Part shown: piece by piece, positions 32,303 through 44,130 of the stretch | Numbering within the stretch: the stretch's first letter is position 1 | Layout: each line of letters starts with the position of its first letter | Source: Gammaproteobacteria bacterium | Lineage (GTDB): Bacteria > Pseudomonadota > Gammaproteobacteria > UBA4575 | Direction: 5' to 3' | Assembly (NCBI GenBank): GCA_965222615.1 | Contig: CBDCUI010000008.1 | Location: 800,001-864,000 of the forward strand | DNA length: 64,000 bases | Program-made: the position numbers and the translations under genes | Notes under the pieces: generated by a model | The model's database searches: none | The model's input: only the letters and a program-made list of their open reading frames with translations | What the model was told of the DNA's origin: nothing

Positions 32303-32358
32303 ATCGCTTTAGCAGTATTTATTTTGCGCCTGCATGCTGTAGCTCAAGTCGGCGCTAA
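32303..32358 (-). ncRNA. SAM-II-like riboswitch
   Basis: Minus strand reads GCGCC-GACUUGAGCUACAGCAUGCA-GGCGC-AAAAUAAAUACUGCUAAAGCGA, matching the SAM-II layout. Confidence 0.72.
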
Positions 32359-32511
32359 AAAATGAATAGTAAATCTATTCAACTGAAATGTAAGTTTGTC
32401 CTACTAGCAATTAAAATTAGTTTTGTTAGTGCCCTTAGTCCATTTAAATACTGAGTAAGTACTCTACTTTAATGATTGTTAATTTAAAAATAAAAAATAA
32501 TTACAGTAACT

Positions 32512-32527
32512 ATTAGTAAATACTTAT
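32512..32527. promoter_or_regulatory. Putative CbbR site
   Basis: ATTAG-N6-CTTAT, one mismatch from the cbbR-cbbL sites. Confidence 0.5.
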
Positions 32528-32618
32528 ATATTTTTTATATATTTATATGAGATTATATTTATATGTATAACTTAAACCTAAAACAAATGGTTTTAATAGA
32601 ATCTTTAGTAGAAACTCT

Positions 32619-33287
32619 ATGTCAAGAAGCTTTGCCAATTTAATTATATTTGATTTAGACGGTACTCTTATTGATACCGCACCAGATCTAGCCCATTGTG
32701 TAGACTTAGTCATGCTTGAGTTGGATCTACCTAGGCAAAGTCTACAAAAAGTTCGCAGATATATTGGTAATGGTATTCTCAGGCTTGTTCAAGATGTACT
32801 AAGGGAAGAACTTGATAATGAGCCTGATAAGGATTTAGTAAACCAAGCTTTCAATTCTTTTCTTAAGCATTATCAAAAGAATTTTGCACAGCAGAGTTGT
32901 TTATACCCAAATGTGAAAAATACTTTAGAAAAGCTCAAATCTAATAATGTTAAACTTGCGTGTATCACTAATAAATTAGAAGTCTTTACTTTATCATTAT
33001 TAGGGCATTTTAAAATATTGAAATATTTTGACTTGGTTCTTTCCGGTGATTCACTAGAAAAGAAGAAACCTGATGCATTTCCTCTTGAACATGCGTGTAA
33101 GCAATTAGGTGTAATTGCTGAGAATAGTATAATGGTGGGTGATTCAAAAAATGATGTATTAGCTGCTAAGAATGCAAGTATGAAGTCTATTTTCGTAAAC
33201 TACGGTTACACTGATATAGATGAAATTGAAAAATTTAAACCAGATATAATTCTCGATTCGTTTTCCTATTTGTTAGATCATATTTAA
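32619..33287 (+). CDS. cbbZ: Phosphoglycolate phosphatase
   Basis: FDLDGTLIDT, CITNK, KKPD, MVGDSKND; next to cbbR. Confidence 0.9.
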   Translation: MSRSFANLIIFDLDGTLIDTAPDLAHCVDLVMLELDLPRQSLQKVRRYIGNGILRLVQDVLREELDNEPDKDLVNQAFNSFLKHYQKNFAQQSCLYPNVKNTLEKLKSNNVKLACITNKLEVFTLSLLGHFKILKYFDLVLSGDSLEKKKPDAFPLEHACKQLGVIAENSIMVGDSKNDVLAAKNASMKSIFVNYGYTDIDEIEKFKPDIILDSFSYLLDHI

Positions 33288-33307
33288 ATACTGCTGTGGA
33301 ATATTTC

Positions 33308-33440
33308 AGGAAGCACTGATTTATTCTGATATGGCGTTAAAATGATTTCTCAAAATACTCATGTATGTATCTATACACTCCGTTTTTTCGAAATCATTTT
33401 GCCTAATCTCAGCCATTTCATTAATAAATCAGTGCTTCCT
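33308..33440. mobile_element. MITE-like element, family A, copy 3
   Basis: TIR AGGAAGCACTGATTTATT / AATAAATCAGTGCTTCCT. Confidence 0.88.
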
Positions 33441-33460
33441 TAAGCTATTTAGAAGTATCC

Positions 33461-34360
33461 CTATAAACTAGTTTGAACTTTCGCAATAATAAAATTTTTA
33501 AATGATTCAGCTGCAGCTGAAAGACGCTTACCTTTCCGATAGACAATATACCATTGGCGCATGATGGGGAAAGATTTTACATCTAATACTTTTAATCGCC
33601 CTACTTCTTTTTCAAGTTCTATTGTATGTATTGAAACGATTCCTAAGCCTAGGCCAGCCTCGACACCTTGTTTGATTGCTTCATTGCTGTTCATTTCTAT
33701 GATGCTTTCAAGCTTAAATCTTTTTTTCTCAATAAAAAAACGTTCCATTGCTATACGCGTCCCTGAACCTACTTCACGCATCAATAACGGATCATCTTTC
33801 AAGTTCTTCAGAGGAATACTTTTTTCATTAACAAGAGGGTGTGAGGGTGGAGCAATAATTACGAGTGGATTTTCCATGAAAGGTTCAGCCACTAAATCCA
33901 TATCGTCTGGTGGTAAACCCATCAGAACAAGATCTGTTTCATTAGTTTCTAGTTTTGCAAGCAGTGCTGCACGGTTTGTAACATCTAGATTGACACGAAT
34001 ACGCGGGTACTGTTGACAAAATTCTGAAAGTAAACGTGCTGCAAAATAATTAACAGTTGATGCCACAGAGATTTGTAGAAGTCCTCCCTCAATACCTTTT
34101 AGATCATTCAGTTCTTTTTCGGCATCATTAAGTGTTCTTCGAATTTGAATAGCATATTGAAGCATCAATTTTCCCGCTTCAGTTAGGTGAATACTTTTGC
34201 CTAATTGTTCAAATAAAGGTAATTCTACAGCACTTTCCAAATGCTTAACTTGCATAGAAACTGCAGGTTGAGTAAGAAATAGTTCTTCTGCTGCTTGAGT
34301 AAAGCTAAGGTGCTTTGCAACCACCTCAAAAATGTGTAATTGACGAAATGTGATATTCAT
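33461..34360 (-). CDS. cbbR: LysR-type regulator CbbR
   Basis: TFRQL...SFTQAAEELFLTQPAVS, REVGSGTR, SNEAIKQ; divergent from cbbL. Confidence 0.93.
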   Translation of the reverse strand: MNITFRQLHIFEVVAKHLSFTQAAEELFLTQPAVSMQVKHLESAVELPLFEQLGKSIHLTEAGKLMLQYAIQIRRTLNDAEKELNDLKGIEGGLLQISVASTVNYFAARLLSEFCQQYPRIRVNLDVTNRAALLAKLETNETDLVLMGLPPDDMDLVAEPFMENPLVIIAPPSHPLVNEKSIPLKNLKDDPLLMREVGSGTRIAMERFFIEKKRFKLESIIEMNSNEAIKQGVEAGLGLGIVSIHTIELEKEVGRLKVLDVKSFPIMRQWYIVYRKGKRLSAAAESFKNFIIAKVQTSL

Positions 34361-34506
34361 AAGTTATTACTTATGGGTATTAGGTATTAAAAAACTATTA
34401 ATTATGTATATTTTAATATAAAAATTTCCAATTAAAAAAATTATAAACAGTAAATATGCAGCTATATTAGCATTTATAGCCTTTAATTATATAAGTAATA
34501 TCTTAT
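34359..34506. promoter_or_regulatory. Putative CbbR operators ATAAG-N6-CTTAT
   Basis: Perfect copies at 34359-34374 (overlapping the cbbR start) and 34491-34506. Confidence 0.6.
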
Positions 34507-34589
34507 GAAAATAATAATTATTATTGAATATTATTTATTATAAATCTTGGTACTCTACGCCGCTATGTCGTTTCAGACTGGCTTTATGA

Positions 34590-36137
<1,548 letters not shown>

Positions 36138-36153
36138 CTAGAGGAATAATACA

Positions 36154-36573
36154 ATGCGAATTACACAAGGAGCCTTTTCATACTTACCAGATTTAACTGA
36201 TGAACAGATTAAGAAGCAGGTTAAATACTGCTTAGATAATGGTTATGCAGTAAGTATTGAGTACACCGATGACCCACATCCACGTAATACCTATTGGGAG
36301 ATGTGGGGAATGCCAATGTTTGATTTGAAAGATCCTGCTGGTGTCATGATGGAAATTAATGACTGCCGAAAAACATTTCCAAATCATTATATCCGGGTGG
36401 GTGCTTTTGATAGTCAACGCGGTATGGAAAGTTTGCGTTTATTATTTATTGTGAATCGTCCTGCACATGAACCAGGATTTCATTTAGAACGAGCTGAACA
36501 GCAGGGACGAAGTATTCGATATACCACTCATGCGTATTCCACACAAAAATCTTCTGGAGAGCGCTATCAGTGA
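36154..36573 (+). CDS. cbbS: RuBisCO small subunit, red-type
   Basis: [27 protein letters not shown]-terminal beta-hairpin extension. Confidence 0.97.
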   Translation: MRITQGAFSYLPDLTDEQIKKQVKYCLDNGYAVSIEYTDDPHPRNTYWEMWGMPMFDLKDPAGVMMEINDCRKTFPNHYIRVGAFDSQRGMESLRLLFIVNRPAHEPGFHLERAEQQGRSIRYTTHAYSTQKSSGERYQ

Positions 36574-37547
36574 GTAATGAGAATATTACTTCAATCAAAA
36601 TTTCTGATAGTGAATTAGCTAATGAAAAATTAGTTGATCTGCAAGCAGAATTTGATACATCTAATGTACAAGAAGTACTTGATCAACTCGATCGTGAATT
36701 AGTTGGTTTAGCGCCTGTAAAAACACGCATACGAGAGATTGCAGCGTTATTACTCGTTGAGCGCGTGCGGAAATCATTTGAACTCGTTTCCGAAACGCCA
36801 ACATTACATATGAGTTTTACGGGCAATCCTGGCACTGGTAAGACTACCGTTGCAATGCGTATGGCTGAAATTTTGCATCGTCTCGATTATGTACGGGAAG
36901 GGCATCTTGTATCTGTAACCCGTGATGATTTAGTCGGCCAATATATTGGGCATACAGCACCAAAAACCAAAGAAGTTATTAAAAAAGCAATGGGTGGTGT
37001 CCTGTTTATTGACGAAGCATATTATTTATATCGACCTGAGAATGAGCGTGACTATGGTCAAGAAGCCATCGAGATTCTATTACAAATAATGGAGAACAAT
37101 CGTGATGATTTGGTGGTAATTTTGGCGGGTTACAAAGAACGTATGGACACGTTTTTTAGAAGTAATCCAGGATTTCGTTCACGTATTGCACATCACCTTG
37201 AGTTTCCTGACTACTCGGCAGATGAATTGTTAGCTATTGCTAAATTAATATTGGCACAGCAAAACTATCGTTTGAGTCAGGAAGGAGAAAGCGCATTTCG
37301 TGAATACATAGAATTACGAATGAAACTGCCACAGTTTGCTAATGCTCGTTCAATACGTAATGCACTGGATCGAGCGAGATTACGCCAAGCAAACCGTCTA
37401 TTTAAAAGTTCATCAAATCGAAAATTAATGAAGCAGGATCTTATGACTCTTGAAGCAGAAGACTTTTATGCAAGTCGTGTGTTTGCAGAAGGAAAACTAG
37501 ATGAAGACCAGTTCTTAACACAAGAATTTAAAGTGGAAGGTTTTTAA
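36570..37547 (+). CDS. cbbX: RuBisCO activase CbbX
   Basis: [35 protein letters not shown]. Confidence 0.97.
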   Translation: MSNENITSIKISDSELANEKLVDLQAEFDTSNVQEVLDQLDRELVGLAPVKTRIREIAALLLVERVRKSFELVSETPTLHMSFTGNPGTGKTTVAMRMAEILHRLDYVREGHLVSVTRDDLVGQYIGHTAPKTKEVIKKAMGGVLFIDEAYYLYRPENERDYGQEAIEILLQIMENNRDDLVVILAGYKERMDTFFRSNPGFRSRIAHHLEFPDYSADELLAIAKLILAQQNYRLSQEGESAFREYIELRMKLPQFANARSIRNALDRARLRQANRLFKSSSNRKLMKQDLMTLEAEDFYASRVFAEGKLDEDQFLTQEFKVEGF

Positions 37548-37567
37548 TTGTTTTGGGAATTTATAAC

Positions 37568-38262
37568 ATGACTCAATACAAAATAGCGCCATCAATACTT
37601 TCTGCAGACTTCGCACGTTTAGGTGAAGAAGTTGAGACTGTGATGCAAGCAGGGGCAGACATGATTCATGTTGATGTGATGGACAATCATTACGTTCCAA
37701 ATCTAACTTTTGGTTCTCAAGTTTGTGAAGCTTTAAGAAATTATGGAATTGAGAAAGAAATAGATGTGCATCTGATGGTAAAGCCAGTTGACGAAATGAT
37801 TCCTAAATTTGCCAAAGCTGGTGCAAATTACATCAGTTTTCATCCTGAGGCATCAGAGCATGTTGACCGTACGATTCAATTGATTAAAGACTGTGGTTGT
37901 AAAGTCGGTGTTGCACTTAATCCTGCTACTCCTTTGAGTTGGCTCGAACAAGTTTTGAATCAAATTGATATGGTGTTGTTAATGTCAGTCAATCCTGGCT
38001 TTGGCGGTCAAAAATTTATCCCATATATTTTCGGCAAGATAAAAAAGCTCGAGAACTAATCGATCGTACTGGTAGAGATATTCTTTTAGAAGTCGACGGT
38101 GGAATTAAGATCAGCAATATTAGAAATGTTGCAGATGCAGGCGCAGATACTTTTGTAGCAGGTTCCGCAATATTTGGTTGTAGAGATTATGAGGCTGCAA
38201 TAGCAGCGATGCGCAGTGAACTAACGGTAACACAAACTCGCGATGCTACTAAAGCAGCATAG
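37568..38262 (+). pseudogene. cbbE: Ribulose-phosphate 3-epimerase with a -1 frameshift at the A run 38041-38046
   Basis: IAPSILSAD...[10 protein letters not shown] in one frame; [19 protein letters not shown]...FVAGSAIF continues in the -1 frame to TAG 38262. Confidence 0.85.
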
Positions 38263-38281
38263 TAACTAACAGGAGAATTAA

Positions 38282-40327
38282 ATGAGTGTAAGTCGAAGAT
38301 ACCTCGCCAATGCAATTAGAGCACTATCTATGGATGCCGTTGAGAAAGCTCAATCTGGTCATCCTGGAATGCCAATGGGGATGGCTGATATTGCGGAAGT
38401 ACTTTGGAATGACTACTTAAAACATTCTCCATCGAATCCCACCTGGGTAGATCGAGACCGGTTTGTTGTATCAAATGGACATGGTTCGATGTTGTTATAT
38501 TCATTGTTACATTTATCTGGTTATGAAATATCGATAGATGATATTAAACAATTTCGTCAATTCGATTCAATTACTCCTGGTCATCCAGAGTATGGTGAAA
38601 CACCGGGTGTAGAGACAACAACTGGTCCTTTAGGACAAGGGCTTGCAAATGCAGTTGGCATGGCTATCGCTGAGCGCGTGTTGGCCGCTCAATTTAATAA
38701 AAAGAATCATAAAATTGTAGATCACTATACGTATGTGTTTGTAGGCGATGGCTGTCTTATGGAAGGAATTTCCCATGAAGCATGTTCTTTAGCTGGCACA
38801 TTAGGTTTGGGAAAATTAATTGTATTTTATGATGACAATAATATATCAATTGATGGTGATATTGATGGTTGGTTTACTGATGATACTCCGCAACGATTTC
38901 ATGCATATGGTTGGCAAGTAATACCTGATGTCGATGGCCATAATACTGTACAGATTAAATCTGCAATCGAACAAGCTAAAAATAATACCGACGGTCCAAC
39001 ACTAATCTGCTGTAAAACCAAAATTGGTTGGGGTGCACCTAATAAAGAGGGTAAAGAAGCATGTCATGGTGCTCCATTAGGTAAAGAAGAAATTGAACTA
39101 ACACGTGAAAATATTGCCTGGACGCATCCGCCTTTTGAAATTCCGGATAAAATATATAAAGGTTGGAATGCAATTTCAAAAGGCAAAACAGCTGAAAAAG
39201 CTTGGCATGCAAAGTTTGATCGTTATAAACAAGTTTTTCCAAAACTTGCAGCAGAGTTTGAGCGACGCATAGCAGGTCAGTTACCTGAAGAATGGGATTC
39301 AACTGTACAAAAGTTTATATCTGAAGTTAATTCGAAAGCTGAAAGTGTTGCTACACGTAAGGCGTCACAAAATTCTCTTGACGTATATAGTCAAGTTCTT
39401 CCTGAATTGATTGGTGGCTCTGCAGATTTAGCAGGTTCAAATCTCACAATTTGTTCCAGTACAAAACCAATAACACGCGACGATTTAGATGGAAATTATA
39501 TTTATTTTGGAGTGCGTGAATTTGCAATGTCAGCAATCACAAATGGAATATCTTTGCATGGAAGTTTTAAACCTTTTTGTGCAACATTTTTAATGTTCTC
39601 AGAATATGCGCGTAATGCATTACGTATGTCTGCATTAATGAATCTTCCAAGTATATTTATATTTACACATGATTCCGTTGCGCTTGGAGAAGATGGTCCC
39701 ACGCATCAACCAATTGAACAAACTGCTACGCTACGTTTAATTCCCAATATGTTAGTTTGGCGACCTGCAGATTCAGTAGAATCTGCTGTTGCTTGGAAAA
39801 CAGCAGTTGCAAGGTCTAAGGGTCCAGTAAGTCTATTGTTTAGTCGCCAAAGTGTTGACCACATAGAGCGCTCTGCGCAACAGCTTCAGAATATTGAACG
39901 TGGTGGTTATGTGTTACGAGATTGTACAGTTTTTCCAGAAGCCATCATTATTGCCACAGGCTCTGAAGTTGCGATTGCTATTAAAGCCTGGGAAATATTA
40001 ACAGAGAATAAAATTCAAGTACGACTAGTGTCGATGCCTTCTACTGATGTATTTGATGCTCAAGATGAAGAGTATAAAAACTCAGTATTACCTGATGAGG
40101 TAAATAATCGAATAGTTGTTGAGGCTGGTGTAAGTGATGGTTGGCAAAAATATGCTGGTCGTACAGGAAAAATAATCGGTATTGATTCTTTTGGGAAATC
40201 TGCGCCGGGAGATAAGTTATTACAACATTTTGGAATTACTACTGACAATATTGTGTTTGCAGTTAAATCAGGTTTTCAACAAGACTCAAGCAAAAAAACA
40301 CGTGCAAAAGTTTTGCAAATTGCATAG
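38282..40327 (+). CDS. cbbT: Transketolase
   Basis: [31 protein letters not shown]. Confidence 0.96.
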   Translation: MSVSRRYLANAIRALSMDAVEKAQSGHPGMPMGMADIAEVLWNDYLKHSPSNPTWVDRDRFVVSNGHGSMLLYSLLHLSGYEISIDDIKQFRQFDSITPGHPEYGETPGVETTTGPLGQGLANAVGMAIAERVLAAQFNKKNHKIVDHYTYVFVGDGCLMEGISHEACSLAGTLGLGKLIVFYDDNNISIDGDIDGWFTDDTPQRFHAYGWQVIPDVDGHNTVQIKSAIEQAKNNTDGPTLICCKTKIGWGAPNKEGKEACHGAPLGKEEIELTRENIAWTHPPFEIPDKIYKGWNAISKGKTAEKAWHAKFDRYKQVFPKLAAEFERRIAGQLPEEWDSTVQKFISEVNSKAESVATRKASQNSLDVYSQVLPELIGGSADLAGSNLTICSSTKPITRDDLDGNYIYFGVREFAMSAITNGISLHGSFKPFCATFLMFSEYARNALRMSALMNLPSIFIFTHDSVALGEDGPTHQPIEQTATLRLIPNMLVWRPADSVESAVAWKTAVARSKGPVSLLFSRQSVDHIERSAQQLQNIERGGYVLRDCTVFPEAIIIATGSEVAIAIKAWEILTENKIQVRLVSMPSTDVFDAQDEEYKNSVLPDEVNNRIVVEAGVSDGWQKYAGRTGKIIGIDSFGKSAPGDKLLQHFGITTDNIVFAVKSGFQQDSSKKTRAKVLQIA

Positions 40328-40340
40328 TAGGTGAATACCA

Positions 40341-41405
40341 ATGTCATTAATTACATTAAGACAATTACTCGAGCATGCGGCAGAGCATAATTATGGTGTT
40401 CCCGCGTTTAACGTAAATAATATGGAACAAATCCAAGCAATTATGGAAGCGGCTGACGAAACAGACAGTCCAATAATCGTACAGGCTTCTGCTGGGGCAC
40501 GAAAATATGCTGGACCAATATTTCTGCGCCACTTAATTGAAGCCTCAGTCGAAACTTGGCCACATATTCCAGTGGTGGTTCATCAAGACCATGGTGCCTC
40601 TCCAGCAGTATGTTTGCGATCGATTCAACTTGGGTTTAGTTCGGTGATGATGGATGGTTCATTAGGGGAAGATATGAAAACGCCCATGTCTTTGGAATAT
40701 AACATCGATGTTACAAAAAAAGTTACTGATATGGCGCACGCATGTGGTGTATCGGTAGAAGGTGAATTAGGTTGTTTGGGGTCGTTAGAAACAAAACAAG
40801 CTGGAGAAGAAGATGGGTCAGGGGCAGAAGGAATATTAACTCAGGATCAATTACTAACTGATCCAGATGAAGCGGTAAAGTTTGTGAATGAGACTAAAGT
40901 TGATGCACTTGCGCTAGCGATTGGCACTAGCCATGGTGCCTACAAATTTTCACGTCCACCAACAGGAGATATTCTTGCAATCGACCGAATAAAACAGATA
41001 CACAAACGATTGCCAGATACCTATTTAGTCATGCACGGTTCTTCATCTGTTCCTCAAGAGTGGTTGCAGATCATCAATAACTATGGTGGAGATATGGGTC
41101 AGACATATGGTGTTCCGGTAGAAGAAATACAAGAAGGTATTGCGCATGGTGTTCGTAAAATAAATATCGATACGGACTTACGTATGGCAAGTACTGGAGC
41201 AGTGCGCAAATTCTTAAAAGAAAATGCTAAAGATTTTGATCCGCGCAAATTTTTATCTGCTTCAACTTTAGCGATGAAAAATATATGCAAAGCGCGTTTT
41301 GAAGCGTTTGGTTGTGCAGGTCATGCTTCGAGAATAAGACCAATTAGTTTAGAGAATATGACTGCTCGTTATCTATCTGGTGAACTCGAACCAAGAGTTC
41401 ACTAA
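40341..41405 (+). CDS. cbbA: Class II fructose-bisphosphate aldolase (Calvin-cycle subtype)
   Basis: [29 protein letters not shown]. Confidence 0.95.
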   Translation: MSLITLRQLLEHAAEHNYGVPAFNVNNMEQIQAIMEAADETDSPIIVQASAGARKYAGPIFLRHLIEASVETWPHIPVVVHQDHGASPAVCLRSIQLGFSSVMMDGSLGEDMKTPMSLEYNIDVTKKVTDMAHACGVSVEGELGCLGSLETKQAGEEDGSGAEGILTQDQLLTDPDEAVKFVNETKVDALALAIGTSHGAYKFSRPPTGDILAIDRIKQIHKRLPDTYLVMHGSSSVPQEWLQIINNYGGDMGQTYGVPVEEIQEGIAHGVRKINIDTDLRMASTGAVRKFLKENAKDFDPRKFLSASTLAMKNICKARFEAFGCAGHASRIRPISLENMTARYLSGELEPRVH

Positions 41406-41486
41406 GAAGTGTCTAATGATGTAATTTCAAATGATAAAAAATAGTAGAAATGATTCTACAAAAAATATATTTCGAGGTGCTATGTG

Positions 41487-42413
41487 ATGTCAATTAAACA
41501 CCCAATAATTGCTGTAACAGGATCATCGGGCGCAGGGACAACATCGGTTAAAAGTGCTTTCGAGCATATCTTCACGAGGGAAGGTATTTTCCCTTGTGTT
41601 ATAGAAGGCGATAGCTTTCATCGTTTTGAGCGCAGTGAAATGAAGGAAGAAGCTAAAAAAGCTTTAGAGAAAGGTATAAATTTTAGTCATTTTGGACCAG
41701 AGGCAAATCTTTTCGAAGAATTAGAAAAGGAATTTGTATGCTATGGAGAAACTGGAACTTGTAAAGTACGTAAGTACCTTCATGACGAAGAACAAGCTAT
41801 ACCCTATAACCAAAGACCAGGTACTTTCACACCATGGGAAAAATTTACTGAAGAAACGGATTTATTATTCTATGAAGGGTTACATGGGGGGGTCGTAAAT
41901 GACAATGTGAACATAGCTGCACAAGTTGATTTACTAATCGGTGTGGTGCCAGTCGTAAATTTAGAGTGGATACAAAAGATTCACCGCGACATTGCCGAAA
42001 GAGGTTATCAGCCTCATGACGTAACGAACACAATCCTGCGTCGTATGTATGATTATATTCACTATATCACACCACAATTTTCGATGACAGATGTAAATTT
42101 TCAACGAGTCCCTACGGTAGATACGTCGAATCCATTTATTGCTCGAGACATACCGACACCCGACGAAAGTTTTGTGGTCATACGTTTTAAAAATCCAGAA
42201 AAATTAAACGTAGATTTTTGTTACTTGCAAACAATGATTAATGGTTCATTTATGTCGAGGCGCAACTCTATTGTCGTACCAGGTGGAAAAATGGGGCTTG
42301 CTATAGAAATTATATTTGCTCCGATCATTGAAGGATTAGTGCAAGAGTCTCGGAGACTAAGGAATAAACTTGATGAAAAGAAGCCAATGTACTCAGGTAT
42401 GCACGCAGTGTAG
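41487..42413 (+). CDS. cbbP: Phosphoribulokinase
   Basis: TGSSGAGTT, EGDSFH, YEGLHG, FQRVPTVDTSNPF. Confidence 0.96.
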   Translation: MSIKHPIIAVTGSSGAGTTSVKSAFEHIFTREGIFPCVIEGDSFHRFERSEMKEEAKKALEKGINFSHFGPEANLFEELEKEFVCYGETGTCKVRKYLHDEEQAIPYNQRPGTFTPWEKFTEETDLLFYEGLHGGVVNDNVNIAAQVDLLIGVVPVVNLEWIQKIHRDIAERGYQPHDVTNTILRRMYDYIHYITPQFSMTDVNFQRVPTVDTSNPFIARDIPTPDESFVVIRFKNPEKLNVDFCYLQTMINGSFMSRRNSIVVPGGKMGLAIEIIFAPIIEGLVQESRRLRNKLDEKKPMYSGMHAV

Positions 42414-42499
42414 AGGTAAATTTTTTAATCAAATACTTAAAAATGATCAGGAAATTTTTAATTTAGATTTCTATCACATAGGAAAGTGAGGTTATAGGT

Positions 42500-42970
42500 A
42501 TGATACATATTCTCCCAGTAACAAATTGGTGGCCTTTTAAATTACACCAAGAAGAGAATCGATACAGCTCGGCTCTTGGAAAAACTAATGTAGTAGAGCT
42601 AGATCAAAATATTGAGTTAGATGGAAATAATGCGCTTGCTATTTTAGCCTATGGCGAGATTATAGAACACATGGACATAGGTTGCGAATTAATTGATTCA
42701 CTACTTGTAGAAGAGATGACTAATATTTTAAATAATAATCGAGGACAAAATGAGCTTTATGATCCTCAAAACATTTCTAAAAGTTTGTTGCCAACTGCAA
42801 AGGAAGTATTACATAAATATTATTCAAAATATAAAAAATACTCAAATAATTGTGAAGATATTTGCCGCTGTGTGCATAATGAATGTGATATTGAATTTCT
42901 TAAATTCATTACGCATATATATGCTCGAGCATTTATCAAACAGTTTTATTGGCAGGAGTGTTGTGCTTGA
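42500..42970 (+). CDS. Hypothetical protein, paralog of 31788..32252
   Basis: GAGG RBS; NWWPFK...LIDSLL...NECDIEFL. Confidence 0.78.
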   Translation: MIHILPVTNWWPFKLHQEENRYSSALGKTNVVELDQNIELDGNNALAILAYGEIIEHMDIGCELIDSLLVEEMTNILNNNRGQNELYDPQNISKSLLPTAKEVLHKYYSKYKKYSNNCEDICRCVHNECDIEFLKFITHIYARAFIKQFYWQECCA

Positions 42971-43042
42971 TAACAAGGAGAAGCTTAATTGGTAAGATAT
43001 CATCGATTTATATTAATTTACTATATTGGTTACTAATCAAAC

Positions 43043-43798
43043 TTGAAACTTACCACTTTGCTATTTGATATAGATGGCACACTTGCAGAAACTGAAGAAA
43101 ATCATCGCAAATCGTTTAATTTAGCTTTTCAGCAGGCGGGGTTAAACTGGTCTTGGTCAAGATCGTTATACTGTAATTTACTGTCTATTGCTGGCGGTAA
43201 GGAACGTATTCGTTATTTCGTAGACCAATACTCTCCAGACTTTGTAAAGCCGAAAAATTTAACTGGCTTCATAGCTGATCTACATGCAAACAAAACAAAA
43301 ATATATTATCAGTTGTTGAAACAAGGCTGTGTGCCATTACGACCAGGTGTAAGGCGCATAATACAGGAGGCACGCCAAACTGGGATTCGCTTAGGTATTG
43401 TTACGACAACTACACCAAAAAATGTTTCAATTTTGCTACAAAGAAGTCTTACACCAGATTCACCGAGCTGGTTTGATGTAATCGCAGCAGGTAGTGTAGT
43501 TCCTAGAAAAAAACCTGCACCTGATATTTATCTTTATGCATTACAGCAACTAAATGAAAATCCCCAATCATGTCTGGCAATCGAAGATTCGGAAAATGGA
43601 TTACATTCAGCAGTGCAAGCAGGATTGAAAACTATTATAACGGTAAGCGAGTACTCACAAGGGCAAAATTTTAGTGAAGCGGTTTTAACTGTCGATCATT
43701 TGGGTGAACCAGATCTACCATCTACTGCGATCAAAGGGGCTTTGAATGAAAATTCTTATGTCGATCTTACCTTGTTAATGAATATCTGTAAGAATTGA
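43043..43798 (+). CDS. cbbY: CbbY HAD-family (XuBP) phosphatase
   Basis: FDIDGTLAETE, GGKERI, TTTT, KKPAPDIY, EDSENG. Confidence 0.9.
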   Translation: MKLTTLLFDIDGTLAETEENHRKSFNLAFQQAGLNWSWSRSLYCNLLSIAGGKERIRYFVDQYSPDFVKPKNLTGFIADLHANKTKIYYQLLKQGCVPLRPGVRRIIQEARQTGIRLGIVTTTTPKNVSILLQRSLTPDSPSWFDVIAAGSVVPRKKPAPDIYLYALQQLNENPQSCLAIEDSENGLHSAVQAGLKTIITVSEYSQGQNFSEAVLTVDHLGEPDLPSTAIKGALNENSYVDLTLLMNICKN

Positions 43799-44048
43799 TG
43801 ATTGCAATATTCGTATGCATTAGCTTATTTGAATACGTGAAGATTCGTAACTATTGTCTTTAATACTATCGTTAAAAATGTAACTAACTGAATTGAATGT
43901 AGTAATGATAGTAATGAATATGATGTATGCATTTTTAATTACACTTTATAAGGCTCTTCGGCAAAGCTGAGAATATAAGAAATACCTAGCTAGGTGCCCT
44001 AATAATTCAAAATCCGTCACATATCGGCGAATCTGTCAGTATTTTTCC

Positions 44049-44075
44049 TAAATTTCTAAGACTTGTGGTCGAAAT
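44049..44075 (+). promoter_or_regulatory. Sigma28-like promoter (weaker match)
   Basis: TAAA-N15-GTCGAAAT. Confidence 0.45.
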
Positions 44076-44130
44076 CTTAATGCGGATAAGTACGCATTTT
44101 AGATTATCAACACTACAAGGATGTTTAATC

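Noticed and set aside
33561-34016. 151-aa ORF antisense to cbbR, and similar overlapping short ORFs
   Set aside because: Opposite well-supported genes, with no motifs.
43950-44040. c-di-GMP-I riboswitch upstream of the adhesin (GGCAAA seen)
   Set aside because: The GNRA stem, GCAAA receptor and closing P1 could not be assembled.
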